A DNA stretch of 64,000 nt from the human T2T-CHM13v2.0 reference genome, Homo sapiens. The notes beneath the pieces were generated by a model. The model was not told where the DNA came from and searched no databases. It worked only from the letters and a program-made list of their open reading frames with translations. This document shows, piece by piece, positions 14,250 through 29,341 of this stretch (the stretch's first letter is position 1; the number at the start of each line of letters is the position of its first letter). Both the position numbers and the translations under genes were made by a program. The stretch is taken from NCBI RefSeq assembly GCF_009914755.1, contig NC_060927.1, one strand, 5' to 3'.

Positions 14250-15910
14250 AGGGAAGGCAGGCTGGCCACTAAGTCCCTGGTCTGGCGCTCAGCGGCTGAA
14301 ACTGCAGCGTTTCGGCCTCACAGATGGGGCTGGAGTTGGAGACGTCGCTGCGGCCAGGACTGGGAGGCCACTTGCTTGGCGGGTGAGGCGGCTCACGCGG
14401 TATTTATTGACTGGCTCGGGAAACGTGTTCTTTTACTTACTTGTCATTAAAGTTCTAAGTTTTAAAAGCGCATTCCCAGAAAATGCTTTTATTCTCTTTC
14501 CCCCAGTAACAGAGCCCGCTAACTGCTTTCAACTGGAGAAGGGGAGAAATTCACTCCTGCACGAGTTCCCAGCTACTCTCTGGTGAAAGCGGGAGGGCGA
14601 AGCGAAATTGTGTTCTAGCTCTGAGCTCCGCAGCCCTCCAATGGCTGACTTCCTTCAGCTGCTGTCCTGGGGTGCCGATCGCTGCGGCAGACGCAATTTT
14701 CCGCACCTGCGTGTTGTTTTTTGCCGCCGGGTTTTGGCGGAGCCATGCAGGCGCGGTTCCTGGGACCCGAATTTATTCCAAGAGAAAACGCACAAAAATC
14801 AGTTGTGGTCTCAAATCTTTATTCAAGGAGTCTCTGCCTCCACTCCCCCCTGTCCTCCGGTTGTAGATGAAAAGGTGGAAAGTTAAACGAGAAAGGCAAC
14901 CACTATCATGAAAAAAAGATACTCTCAGGATTCTAGGGAAGAGAAATTGTTCCCCAACAGCCTACGTTGAAGAAATCCCAAGAGGATAGGGCCCATGAGA
15001 GCTGCAGGATTTTTTCCAGAAGTAGTTCTGTAGACTCAGTCCCAAGCATGCGCCGATGGCTTCCCAAACTCGGGTCCCCCGACTCTTAGTACATGGGCAA
15101 CTGCGGGTGATTGAACACACTTTTCTGGACGATAGAGGCCAAAGTCCCCCTTGGAAAATCAAACCTTTCCATAATCTTGATAACTCTCCAGTGTGGGAGG
15201 GTTGTAAAGGTGAGAAGAATGGAGAAAGAAAAAGCTGGAGAAGGATGGGAGAGTAAGGAAAGAGGGAAGACTGTGGTTAGTTAAGTGCGAGGTCGAGTTC
15301 ATTTTCCCTCAGTGGCGGGTACCAGCACCAGCTCACGGATGAGAAACTCTCCGGGATTCCCAACTTCCAACTTGTGTCAAGCTAAAGTAGAAACGGTGGG
15401 TCCATTTCGTTTAAGGTCCACATTTTTGGAGTCAGTGGAAAACAGTATTACGCTGACCCATATAAGAGTGGAGGGAAGGAAGCACTCACTGTTCATAGAC
15501 TTGCCCTGTTTCTCCCTGGCCCTTTTTTCTAGAACTTTCAACTCCGTTTTACCCCAGGAGCCTATACCGGGTTTGGGCCTCCAGACTCTGTCGCAGTCTG
15601 AGGTGCCTGTGAGTCCCCCGGAGCAGCAAACACTGGCATTCTAACTGCGACAGGACTTTCGAGCGAGTGCGAGGAAAGCCCCTTTCGACAGTTCTGAGGT
15701 TTTATCCGACCCTGCCCGGGACTCCCTCCCTGCATGCCCCCGGAGCTCCAGTCCGGGCCACCCGGGGGCTGCTGGGGACCTGACGCAGGCAGCTCCGCCA
15801 CTGACGTCAGGGGCTGCTGGCGGCTGGAACCCGAGTCCAGGCCACAGGCGCCCGGCGTGGGCATCATTAATTATCAGGCACGAAATGTTGCAAAGAAAGC
15901 GCAAGCTATT
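14250..15910. promoter_or_regulatory. CpG-rich patches (14250-14800, 15250-15910), including a CRE palindrome
   Basis: Elevated CpG; CTGACGTCAG at 15801-15810. Confidence 0.55.
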
Positions 15911-18900
15911 CTGCTGGCAGCTGATACATATATATATATATCTTTTTCTTCTGGGAGGAGGCAGCGGGAAAGGAAAAGATAAAATTCAATAAGAAACAGT
16001 GATTTGGTTTCTTAAAGCATTGTTACTAAGTTCTCACCCTCCTCCCTCCAGGTCTGCCCCTTGGGTCCACTCTTTTGTAGGTATGAGCTCCGCACTTTCC
16101 ACTTGGTTTGGGGGGATTCCTAGTGGAAGTGCCAATATTTGTTCTTGTGGGAACGGCATTGCTACAATTTCCTTGTAGATTCCAGCACAAGGGGCTGTCA
16201 GCCGAGGGGGTATTTGCTTCCTAAAGCTGGATTTATCTTGTTCATATCACCCCTTCCATTTGGTCAGATCCTTAGCCAATATCTGATATTATTATTGTTG
16301 TTATTAAGTAAAAAGGAAACAACAACCCCTCCCCATACCGACAAGGCCAAAAGAAATGAACAGTGAAATTCGGCATCAGGAACACAGCCTTTCATTTGTA
16401 ACAGCAAAAGCATCTTTCCTTTTTTTTCTTTTGTTTTAAAAAGAATTATAATAAGTAGCTTAAAATAGAATTTTAGGCAGCAATAAAGTCTTCAAAATCA
16501 CATTCGCTCTTGGTTCGAGTTCCAATGCATTTTCAAAATCCTTCTTCTGAGGATCATTGCCGAATAAATACAGGGCAGAGCAGGGTCATTGTGAAGTGAA
16601 TTCTCTCTTGGGCTCTTCCTTGCAAAGTGAAAAAAAAAATGTCATTCATAACGGAATTCCACAGGTGATACTAAAGTGATTTGCTGGAAAAAGAACAAAG
16701 AGAAATTAGAATTAAACTTTAAAACCCACCCAAATTTAGATAATTTTTATATAAGTGGAAACAATGCTCTGCAAATTCTAATGGCTTGAATATTAGCTCA
16801 TTTGTCATAACTAATTTCCTTGAAATTAACTAACTGAATTAAAAACTCCTCCTGGAAGAACCTGTGTATAAAAATAGAACTCACATGTGTCATTGCATAT
16901 TGTCAGTAAATAGCAGTTCTTGAAAATATAAGATTATCTTTATAAGTATGCATGTAAATGTATTTGTCAGTATCTACAGGGTCAGAATAAAAAGCTGTTT
17001 AGTTATATTTTCTAGGAGGTACAAATATCCAGAAAAGTATGAAAAGTACTTATAGGGCAAACTGTTTAGTGTTTAATAGACAGAAAAATCATGAACTAAA
17101 TTTTAATTTTCTTTTGGAAATTTCATATCACTGTAGATGGTCTTTTATCCAGAATTATGTTGGTGATGATTTTATTCTTAAATTAGTAATTTATTTTTAA
17201 CCATTAATTACATGGTAAACACAACACATATATACTTATTTCTCAGAAATGTGTAATAATTATTTTATAAAACATGAGTGAAAAGGAAGCTCATTCTTAT
17301 ATAAAGTATAATCTATTTGTGGTATTTAAATCTTTATGAAGGTGAATTTTAGAAAGCTAAATTGGTCACAATAATACATGTATAAAATTTCATAAACATG
17401 CATCAATAAAATCACTCAGGAGTTGGTGTGTTAAGAGTATTAGAAAAAAAGAGATACCTGCACAAATATAAGAACAATGAAAATAAACCTCATTTGGGAT
17501 AAATAAAAACAAGCAAAAGTTCAGGGTCCAAATTTTTTTCTTTAACAATGATTAACTATTTTTATGGCTTGTAATACTTAGACTTTTATTTTAAATTTCA
17601 AACATGTGTGTTAATGAGATTGAAAAATATTTGGAATTGAGGGCAACAGTTAATCAGCATTCAGTAACTTCAGTGCTGTGTTTCTATTTTATATACCACA
17701 TCTTTCACATACTATAAATCTTTCTTGAGGGCTCTGCTATTTTTGGTACAGCAGGCTGAAATTTATGGGTCTAAGATATATTCCAGACTATGTGTATAAC
17801 ACTTTGGCCAGGAAAAAATCCCAGGAAATCCACTAGATTAAAAAATTCAGCTAATATTATTATAGTTTTCAAATCAATAAATATTTACAGATTTACACCA
17901 ATAATTAAATGGAAGTGCCAAATTTTAATGTCATTATGTGTGTTTGTCTTCAAATAGGTGATTTGTACAATTTAGACAATATTTTATCAGGGTTATGTGA
18001 TTTTTGATGATGTTTCAGTTATGATTTCACTCTCTGATCTGGTAAAGTCAGTTGATGTCCTTGGTTCTTAGCTTTTTTACTTGTGAACTTCAGTGCCCTG
18101 GACAAGAGGCTTTCTAAATTTTTATACAGTTCTGAGAGGAGTGATTTGGCTTACTGTTGCTTATAGATTTTTTAAAAAAACTTTTAAAGATAGAATTTTA
18201 TTTGTAAAAACATTTAAATAAGGGTAGTCTACTTAATTGACTTGGGTATAAATGCAGTTAACTGACAAGTCATACTGTAAAACCTCATTGTTAAAATTTT
18301 TCTTTTTCTGAGAGTCTTGTTTCAGAAATAAGCACTCTATTAAACAAGGGAAAATACAGAAAACCTACCTTTCTCTCTTAATTTGAAAACAAAATACTGT
18401 CATAATGTTTTATTTATATGAATAATAATACATATTTTTCTGAATCGGGGATAGAATGTACCTACAAGATGGAAGCAATGTTAAATTCAATTGTTAAAAG
18501 GCGTGCATTTGGTACAGTGTGAAATTTAGGTTCTGGACATTGGTAAATAGATGTGAAATATGTTTGCTATATTCACTGAATGCTATACAAATCCCACTAT
18601 GTTAAGTAATAAAAATAAGAAGAAAGCATAACAACTCTTCTACATATTCTCATTGCTGGATCAGTGTGAAGAGTGAAATATATTGAGTACATTATTCAAC
18701 CTACAGGTTCTGCAGCTGTGGCTTGTTACCTATCAGCTGACTGCACCTGAATGGATTAATTGATTGATTAATTAATTAACTCAACAAACATTAAAGACAA
18801 ATATGACCATTGTTATATAGGCTATGGCATTTCAAAAATAAATTCCAAATACTTTCTTCACTCCAGGAATTTAACAGAAGAGACATATATAATTAAACCA

Positions 18901-21900
18901 TATACAAAGTAAAATATAGTATTTGCCATAAGAGAAGCATGCATAAACTTAGAATTTTTAAACTTTTTGCTTCCCTTTAGAAGATACTGGGTGTTACGTG
19001 CTCTTTTAAGTAAGAACAAAATGTATCCCAAACTTCTCCTTCATCCATCCCCTGTTCCCTTCCCCTTTTTGCCTCTTCCTCCTTCTCTTCTCCTCATCCT
19101 TGCTCTGGAACCTAAGGCAATATGAAATTTTTAAAAGGTGCTGTGAGCTTGCTGTCTGAATCCTCGCTAGGCCTCTGTCTTTTGGGGGCAGTTTTGTCGG
19201 CATACCCATCTGCAGTTACCTAGCTTGGACTCCCATGATGGGCTTAGGCTCTGTGAGTGCCGGGCCCCAGGGCTGGTCAGAGCATTTTGCTCCCAGGATG
19301 TCCACTTCATGGTTGAAGGGTGTCAGATCAAGCAGAGATCAAGTTCTAACAACTCCAGAAAAGGATTTGAAAAAAAAAAGACACTGCTTGGCCATCAGAA
19401 CACTTAAACTTTGCAGAATAGTACAGTATTCCTCCCCCTTTTATTACTTGTTAGATTTAAATACAGATTTCCTTGTCACTAACAAATAAGCCTTTTCTTA
19501 CTTTTATTATAGTTTCGTTGTTCATTTTTATTCAGCTTAAAGTATTTACTATAAAAGTGTTGGGATACTGACAAATTTTTCATAAATTTTCAATTTATTC
19601 TGCAATATTAAGTCACATTTTTCCTTTCCCTGAGGCTGACTTGTTCTCTGGCAGTATTTTTAAAGAAAATTTTATGTCCTGCTTTTAACATCGATAGTAA
19701 CCCTCATGAAACCAGGGAATAATTCATGTTCTCTGAAACTGGTTGCATTCAAATTCTATAAATTCCTGTTTTCACTCCTTTGTTGCTGTTCTTTGGTTCA
19801 ATTGGAGAGTGGTGCAACATACAGCAGTTTGATTAGTACTTGCTAGCTGTTTAGATGAGTGGCTTTGGGCAGGAGCATTTGCAAAGAGTGTTTGAGTACT
19901 TTGTTTTGTGTATATTTTGTCATTTTCATGTGATTTATTTTCTCTTTATAAAAAATTTATTCTGAACAATTTTAAACATATACAAATATAGAGAGGAGTA
20001 TAATAAACCTCTATCATCCAACTTCAACATTTATCAACTTATGGTCAATCTCATTTAGTTTATACTTCCTTACACTATTCTCCTTCAAGATTATTTTGAA
20101 GCACATCCTAGATATTTATATGCAACTATTTATTATTTAACTGATATATAGTTAACAATTGTTACCAAGCAAATGGCTTTCAAAGACAACTAGTATGTTT
20201 TCTGAACACTGCCTGGTTTGAGGTTTTGCGTCATTATTCTCACTCCTTTTAACAAAGTGCTGCTTTCGATACCAGAGCCTTTATTAACCACTGGAATCAA
20301 GAAGCTCTGTAGCTCTCCAGAGGAAGAGGATAATTTAGTTGATTATCATTATAATCAATGAAAATGGAAGCTTCAAGTGGGAAATCTCATAATTCTCAGG
20401 GCCCAATAAGTATGGTAGAATAAAAATAATTCATTCAAAAGTTTCTGAGTGTAAGAAGATATGGTGACTAAGAATTTGTGGGGGCTTTTTGAAAAAAAAA
20501 ATCATGTGAACTTGTACTGGTATAAAGAAAACTATGGTATGAAAAACTGTCACTGAAAACCACTGGATTTCAGCTTTGAACCACCTAGAGCAACCTCCCA
20601 ATTATCAATAAAATAATTCATATGTTTATGCCTGTGATTTAGCTGTAATTTTTAAAAATTTCATTAAATTATATAAAACCATATGTTGTGGCTTTTTTTT
20701 TTTTTTTAGAAAAAAAGCACTTATCTTTTAGAGATCTATGCTGAACTATTTATGGATGAAATGATATGATACCTGAAATTTGCCTCAAATAGGTGTAGGT
20801 GAAGAGGAAGTGAGTGAATGTAAGAAGAACCAAGATTTTCATTGCTGGGTGATGGGTACTTGGGAATTCATGACAGTATTTTCTCTTCTTCTGCATAGGC
20901 TTAAATTTTTTTCTTAAAAATTGTTAAATATGACATGTAAAGACAGGAAAAAATCCCCCTAAATGTTGACATATCCATTTATCTATCAGCAGAGAAGTCA
21001 GAAGTTTTAAAGAAAATATTTGAACTTTAAAATTAGAAGGGTATTAAGTTTGTTTCTCTCAACCTGGACAACCTGGATATGTAGTTCAACAAAGCAGTGA
21101 ACCTCTCTCAATCTTGAATTTCACATGTATAAAAATGCTCCCTCTGGTTTAAATAGGGACTCATATTTCTCCAGGCCCCCTTATACATTACATATCAATT
21201 TCTAACACCTTGCAAGAAAAAGATATTGTTTAATAATTTAAACTTGCAGTTACTTGAATGTTTGTCATCTAATTGTTCTGACATATATGGAAATATCTAG
21301 TTGTTACATTCTGCTAGTGGTTGTTTTGTGCATTGATTATGACAAAACTTCTCTCAGTGTGTGGCAAAAATAATGATAGTTATAGATTTTAAAATGAGAT
21401 TATTGCTATAGCATAATGCTGGGCCATTCACTTTCCTGGTGGAAAACGTGAACTTTTGGAGTTTGGAATTAACTCCTGCCTCATTGTTTCTTCTTCCGTA
21501 ACATAGCTGACCTTTACACTTTATTTCCAGGCCATTCCTGCTGGAGTTTGAAAACACATTCACATCCTCAACTATAATTCATTATAAAATTTGGGATTAA
21601 ATGATAATCTTTGGATTTGGGTTTTTATGATAGGCCTTTATTTTTAGTTTACATTTTTGTTCCCCATTTTATAACCAGATCTGAAATATGAGAGATGAGA
21701 ACAAGCAAGTCCTACAAAGTGGCAAAATTATCTTTCTTCCAAAGTTTATCTGGCTCACAAAGTGTAATACTGTCTTAGTTTCCTTCCCTGAGCTTGCTAT
21801 AACCAGCTTTTACTGCCTGAGACCCAAATCTCGTCTAAGGTCTATAGCCCTAGACCCTACCATGAGACTAGGACATTAGAAGCATCCTAGTTCTTTCCTC

Positions 21901-22095
21901 ATTGGAGCTAGATCCTGGTCAACACATCTCCAGCAGCAGTGGTTCTTCTTACAGCACTTAGAAAAAGTGGCTTATCACTGTCTTATGCCTGCTGAAACAG
22001 AGCTTTGGTACCAAACTATATCTGAACATGCCCAGTTTGGCATCAAATTGACTGACCTTCCCTCGTCCATCCTTTGCACTCAAGTAAGCTTTCTC

Positions 22096-22235
22096 TAGAC
22101 CAATGTTTCTCAGGACTTGCATCCAAATCACCTAGGAGGTGTTTGTTAAAAATTCCTGGGCATCACTTTAAGTCTAATAAACCAGAATGCCTGGGGTAGG
22201 GGTGGTGATCAGAAATCTGCATTTTAATAAGTTAT
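22096..22235. mobile_element. MER5-like hAT-Charlie DNA transposon fragment
   Basis: aatcacctaggagg...tgttaaaaattcctggg...aatctgcattttaataag resembles MER5A. Confidence 0.6.
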
Positions 22236-22240
22236 ATTTA

Positions 22241-22508
22241 ATTTTTTTTTGAGACAGTCTTACTCCAGTCTCACAGGCTGGAGTGCAGTCAGCCTCGACT
22301 TCTCAGGCAATCATCCCACCTCAGCTTCCTGAGTAGCTGGGAGTACAGGTGCAACACCACATCTGGCTTTTTTTTTTTTGTATTTTTTAGTAGACACTGG
22401 GTTCGACCATGTTGCCCAGGTTGGTCTGAAACTCCTGGGCTCAAATGACCCACTTGCCCCAGCCTCCCAAAATGTTAGGATTACAGGCATGAGCCACTGC
22501 TCCTGGCC
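22241..22508 (-). mobile_element. AluJ-like SINE with internal deletion
   Basis: Poly-T, gagacagtct...caggctggagtgcag...gagccactgctcctggcc. Confidence 0.9.
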
Positions 22509-22754
22509 AAATGTTGTGCTTTAAAACTGCCTGATGCCTGTACTTTCTACAGTCTGAATTTTGTTAGACATTCAGAAAAAGCAAAACAAGACTGGTTGGG
22601 CTCTTAGCAAACAAAGCGGGTGGTCTCAAACATATTACTTGTACTATGGCCCTTACTGCAATCCATAGCCTTCTTTTTGATCTAGCATTAGAATGAGAAC
22701 ATGTACATGTTATTCATAATAATAATGTACATGAAAATGCCTCTAAATTTTTAA

Positions 22755-23107
22755 ATTTTAAATTGATATATGATAATCATATATATATATGTGGTACATA
22801 GTGATGTTTCAATAGATATAGTGTATAGTGATCAGATCAGCGTAATTTTAGCATCTCCATCATTTCAATTCTTCTTGTTGCTATGTATCAATTCTTTGTG
22901 TTGGGAAAATTCAATATCCTCCTTCTAGCTATTTGAAACTATAAGTTATTGCTAACTACAGTCATTCTACAGTAGTATGGAATACTATAACTCTTTCCTC
23001 CTATCTAGCTGTAATTTTGTACCCTGTACAAGTCTTTCCCTATCCCTCCCTTCCCGCTACCATTATCAGCCTCTGGTAACTTGTGTTCTGCTTTTTACTT
23101 CTATGAG
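22755..23107 (-). mobile_element. L1MA-type LINE 3' end
   Basis: L1MA 3'UTR-like sequence flanked by a probable TSD, gaaaatgcctctaaa / gaaagtgcctttaaa. Confidence 0.75.
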
Positions 23108-24379
23108 GGAAAGTGCCTTTAAAAAGTTAAAAAGCTAAAAAGGATCTTATAAATGCAACGTATTGCTTAACCGTCAGTTAATGAGCTCATAGTCTATTTT
23201 GGGACACTGTACAACTTGCTCCCTGAATATAGTACCAAGATAATGAAGAACATATTTTCTGCCCAAGAGAAACCCATAATGAAGATCACATGCACACATA
23301 ATGTTACAAGAAAACAACTGGAAAGCAACATACCTGATTCATACCAAATATAATCTTTAGTTATATAATTCTGGGTGTCCTAGGAGATATAGAATAATTA
23401 TGTATCAACACTCCCATCTGTTGGTGTATCTATCTATGACTCTCTTTATTCATCTCTTCCAAATATCTACTATTCGCCATCTCTGTATTTACCTGTTTTT
23501 AACATGAATGCAATGCAATTAGAATGTAAGCTCCATGAAGGTGAGGATTCTTGTCTGTTTTGTCCACTGATATATTTCCAGCATACCAAACATGACTGTT
23601 ACATAATAGATACCCCATACATAATAGTTGATTGACTGACTGACCAAATGATTGACTGAATGAAGTTAATCAGGAAAGGCTCCCAAAAGATGATGAGTGA
23701 AAGGGAGACGTCACAGGTGCCTACAGATTGACTAGGAATGGTTACAAAGCTGGAGACCTGCAGGACTGTAAGACAGAACTGATCTTAGTAGTGACTATCT
23801 CTACATTTGACAGTTCCAGTCAGTCAGCTATGGGCAACTCAGTAACCAATGACTTTTGGTGGTAGTAATTGTGGTTATCTGGCTTATAGAAGGACTTTTT
23901 TTCTTTTAGATCCGAGACTGTTTTGAAGTGTGACTTAATTACATTTGGGGATGTAGGCATGGGAGGGATTTTCTGGATTGGGAATTTTCTTCCTCTAGGA
24001 ATTGTGTCTGTTTGCATTCACATATACGCTGGATAGTGGCACATGTTTTTTAGCTCTGAATAGACGTGGTTTAATTGTAGCAGAGATTCCTTTGCAATTT
24101 CATTTTCCAGTCTATACAAGAAAATATTTTCTCTTAGAAGCTAAATGAGGGTAATCAGAGTTGAACAGCTACTGATCCTAAGCTACTTGCACACAGACGA
24201 GATTCTAAGTGCATCTTAAAAATACAATTTGGCAATCTTTTAATCTGTGTTATGTGTGAAATTTTTATTGTTGAAAACACTACTTGCACATATAGCAATT
24301 TAGTTTGTTGTCTGTATCCCAATACTGAAAAATGGTGATACCATGTGTGAGCATGTATTTTTAAACTGCAATATTCAAT

Positions 24380-24790
24380 GTTTTATTCACATGTTTAACA
24401 AGCATTTATTAATGCTTCCTATGTGCCAGGACCTCTTCTAGGTTATGGAAATATAAAGATGAATAAGTCAAAATTCCTCATGGAGCTTATATTCTAGTAG
24501 GGTGATGGGTAACAACAAAAACACTGAAATGACAGAAAAAGTAACTTCAGATAGTCACAAGTGCTTTCCTTGAACTAAAACAGGGTGACGGGATAGAGAA
24601 GATTTTAGAGGGTGGAGAGGCTAGGGTAACCAGTCGTGACCTGCCTGAGAAGGCAACATTTGAGCTGAGACCTAAATGATGTAAAGGAGCCAGCCACGAA
24701 AAGAACAAGAGTAGGCGAGTCTAGCTGAGTAAAGAGAAAGGTAAAGGCCCTGGGGTGGGGGGCACCTAGCTTGGCATGTTAATGAAACCA
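24380..24790 (-). mobile_element. L2 LINE 3' fragment
   Basis: caagcatttattaatgcttcctatgtgccagg...ctcatggagcttatattctagt...catttgagctgagacct. Confidence 0.75.
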
Positions 24791-26019
24791 GTCATTTATT
24801 CCTCTGAACAAATATTTGCTGAAAGCCTCTTTTGTGCTGAGTATAACATATTCTACTGGGGAAATATTGTGCTGGGGGAATGGTGATAAACAAAACAGCA
24901 TCTTGGGTTTCAGGTCTCAAAGAACTTATGTTCTGGTGGGAAAGAAAGACAAGAAAAGAAAGAAAGAAAAAGAAACAAACAAGAAAAGTATTGGATACTG
25001 CTAAGTATAATACTGAGACAGAACAACATGATAGACATTTTTGGTTGGTTACCTTAACTTGAGAGGATAGAGAATGCCTTTCTGAGTAAGCAACCTGTAC
25101 AATAGGAAGGTGGCAATATGTTCACACTAGTGTCACATACTGCCTTTGGATATTCCAGAGTCGGGGTTGGGACATAGTAAACTAGGCTGAGGATAATGTG
25201 TGACTCTGTGGAGCTACCTGTAACCCCCATTAATTTCTCTTCTACTTATGAACACATACGGGAATTTATAAATTATTTGAATTCATAGAAAGGGGGAAAC
25301 AGCTAATAAATTTAGGTACTTCATTATTAGTAGTGAATTACATGCAAATCTACACACCAAGCATTTGGGATATTGAGGCTGAAAATAGTTGTTTTAATTG
25401 ATGGGACAGTATGGCAGAATTAAGGGATTTCTGTTAGAGAATAGTTTTAATAGCAATTAACCTTAAAAAGACATAATGAGAGTAGTACAAATTAATATAT
25501 ATTTGAACAACTCTGCAAAGGCAAGAATCCACCTTGGTTTTGGCCTTCTCATACCTTTTGGTTAAAAGCCTGTATTCAGCATTGAGTACATTTTCTGGTA
25601 TTTTGCATTTTTTTAACTGTTGGGGTATTGCCTTAGTTTATCCAGAGGAAAAGATATTGTGTATTTAAGTTAAGAATCTACTATCTCAAGGAATAAAATT
25701 CTACTTAAAGTAGTTTAAGTTGAAGGATTCTTATGAAAGGAAAGAACATGGACAGAAAACAAAATGTAGTTTCTACATGTGAATGACACTGAGAAGTAGG
25801 AGGCCATGGGCTTTCTGTCTCCACTCATCTGATGCATCTATGCTCCTGTTTTTCCTTTCATGTAAGCTTTATTTCCCTATCCACGGTCCCTTTATCTCTC
25901 CATAAATTCACCTGATATGTGGTATTGGTTGACCTTTGTTTCAAATTCATGTGGCCTATGGTTCTAGTCCTCACAGTTCTCTGACTGACTTAGTCCACAC
26001 TGACCCAATTCTAAATTAA

Positions 26020-26413
<394 letters not shown>

Positions 26414-28222
26414 TTATATTATCATTAACAAATAATAACTCCATTATATAAAAATAATTAATGACTATATCATATTTAAAAACTGAAAACAATAGAGGGA
26501 TAAAGTATTTTGATAGTCTCTTTCACCCACTGCCAATCATGACCCATTTACCATTATTCTACTCCCAACCCTCCCTAAGCTAGACTTGGTTTGAAGACAC
26601 ACACACATGCTCCATAGAAAACATACAGTATCATATAAATTCACTTCTCTGTTTGATAAATATTAATTGAATGCACTGGAGATTCAACATTGAAAGAAAT
26701 GAACAAAAATTCTTGCCTTCATGGAGCTTAAATTCTAGGGGAGGCAAACAGACATAAAATTAAATAAGTAAGGGCAGTCACACATTGCTTAACGATGGGG
26801 GTATGTTCTGAAAAATGCATCATTAGGCAATTTTGTTGTCTTACAAACATAATAGAGTGCATTTCCATAAACCTAGTTGGTATAGACTACTATACATGTA
26901 GGTTACATGGTAAAGCCTATTGCTTCTAGGCCACAAACCTGTATTAGCATGTTATTGTACTAAATATTGTAGGCAACTGTAATACAATGGTGAGTATTTG
27001 TGTATCTACACATATCTCAACCTAGAAAAGGTACAGTAAAAATACTGTATAAAAGACAAAAAGTGGTACATCTGTACATGGCACTTACCATGACTGGAGC
27101 TTTTCAGACTGTAAGTTGCTCTGGGTGAGTCAGTGAGGGAGTGGTGAGTGAATGTAAAGGCCTAGAACATTACTGTACACTAGTATAGGCTTTATAAATA
27201 TTGTACACATAGGCTACACTAAATTTGTTAAAAAAACTTCCATAATATATTAACCTTACCTTACTGTAACTTTTTTACTTTATAAACTTTAAATTTTTTT
27301 AAAAAAATTTTGACTTCTTTTTGTAGTAACAGCTTAAAACACAAACACATTTCATAGCTGTATAAAAGTATTTTCTTTCTTTATATACTTATTCTACAAG
27401 CTTTTTTCTATTTTTAAAATATTTTATTTCTTTTTTACTTTTTGAACTTTTTTGTTAAAAGCTAAGATACAAACACACACATTAGCCTAGACCCACACAA
27501 GTTCAGGTTCATCAATATCACTGTCCTCCACCTCCACGTCTTGTCTTACTAGAAAGTCTTCAGGGGCAGTAACATGCACGGAACTGTCATCTCCTAATAA
27601 CAATGCCTTCTTCTGGAATTCCTCCTGAACGACCTGTCTGATGCTGTTTCTAGTTAATATATATATATATTTGCAAGTAGAAGGAATACACTCTAAAATA
27701 ACAAAAAAGGATAATATAGTAAATCTGTAAAACAGTAACATAGCCATTTATTATCATTACCAAGTATTATGTACCACACATAATTGTATGTGCTGTACAA
27801 GCATACCTCAATGATATTGAGGGTTAGGTTCCAGACCATTGCAATAAAGCAAATATCAAAATAAAGCACAACACATAAACGTTTTTGGTTTTCCAGTGCA
27901 TATAAAATTTATGTTTACACTATACTAGTCTGTTAAGTGTGCGATAGTATTATGTGTTAGAAAACAATGTACATACTTTAATTAAAAATACTTTATGTCT
28001 AAAAATGCTAATGATTATCTGAGCCTCCAGCAAGTAATATATTTTTGTTGGTAGAGTGTCTTGCCTCAGTGTTGGTGGCTGTGGACTGATCAGGGTGATG
28101 GTTGCTGAAGGTTGGGGTGACTGCGGCAATTTTCTAAAATAAGATAATGAAATTTACTGCATCAATTAACACTTCCTTTTATGAGCCATTTTTGTATAGC
28201 ACAAGATGGTGTTTAAAAGCAT

Positions 28223-28539
<317 letters not shown>

Positions 28540-28942
28540 TGAGCATTTTCCCACAGTAGAACTTCTTTCAGGATTGAAGTAAATCCTCTCAAACCCTGCC
28601 ACTGCTTCATCAAATATATGTAATATTCTAAGCCCCTTGTCATTTCAACAATGTTCATCGCATCTTCACCAGGAATAGATACCCTTTCAAGAAACCACTT
28701 TCTTTGCTTATCCATAAAAAGCAAATCCTTATCCATTAAAAGCAAATCCTTATCCATTCAAGTTTTATAATGAGGCTGCAGCAATTCAATCACATCTTTA
28801 GGCTCCACTTCTAAATCTAGTTATCTTGCTATTTTTACCACATCTGCAGTGACTTCTTCCACTGAAGTCTTGAACCCTTGAAAGTCATCAATGAGGGCTG
28901 GAATCAACTTTTTCCAAACTCCTGTTAATGTTGATATTTTGA

Positions 28943-29341
<399 letters not shown>

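Noticed and set aside
10205-15982. Many 100-190 aa ORFs in the downstream CpG islands
   Set aside because: Expected in GC-rich DNA; they overlap on both strands and show no domains or coherent exon structure.
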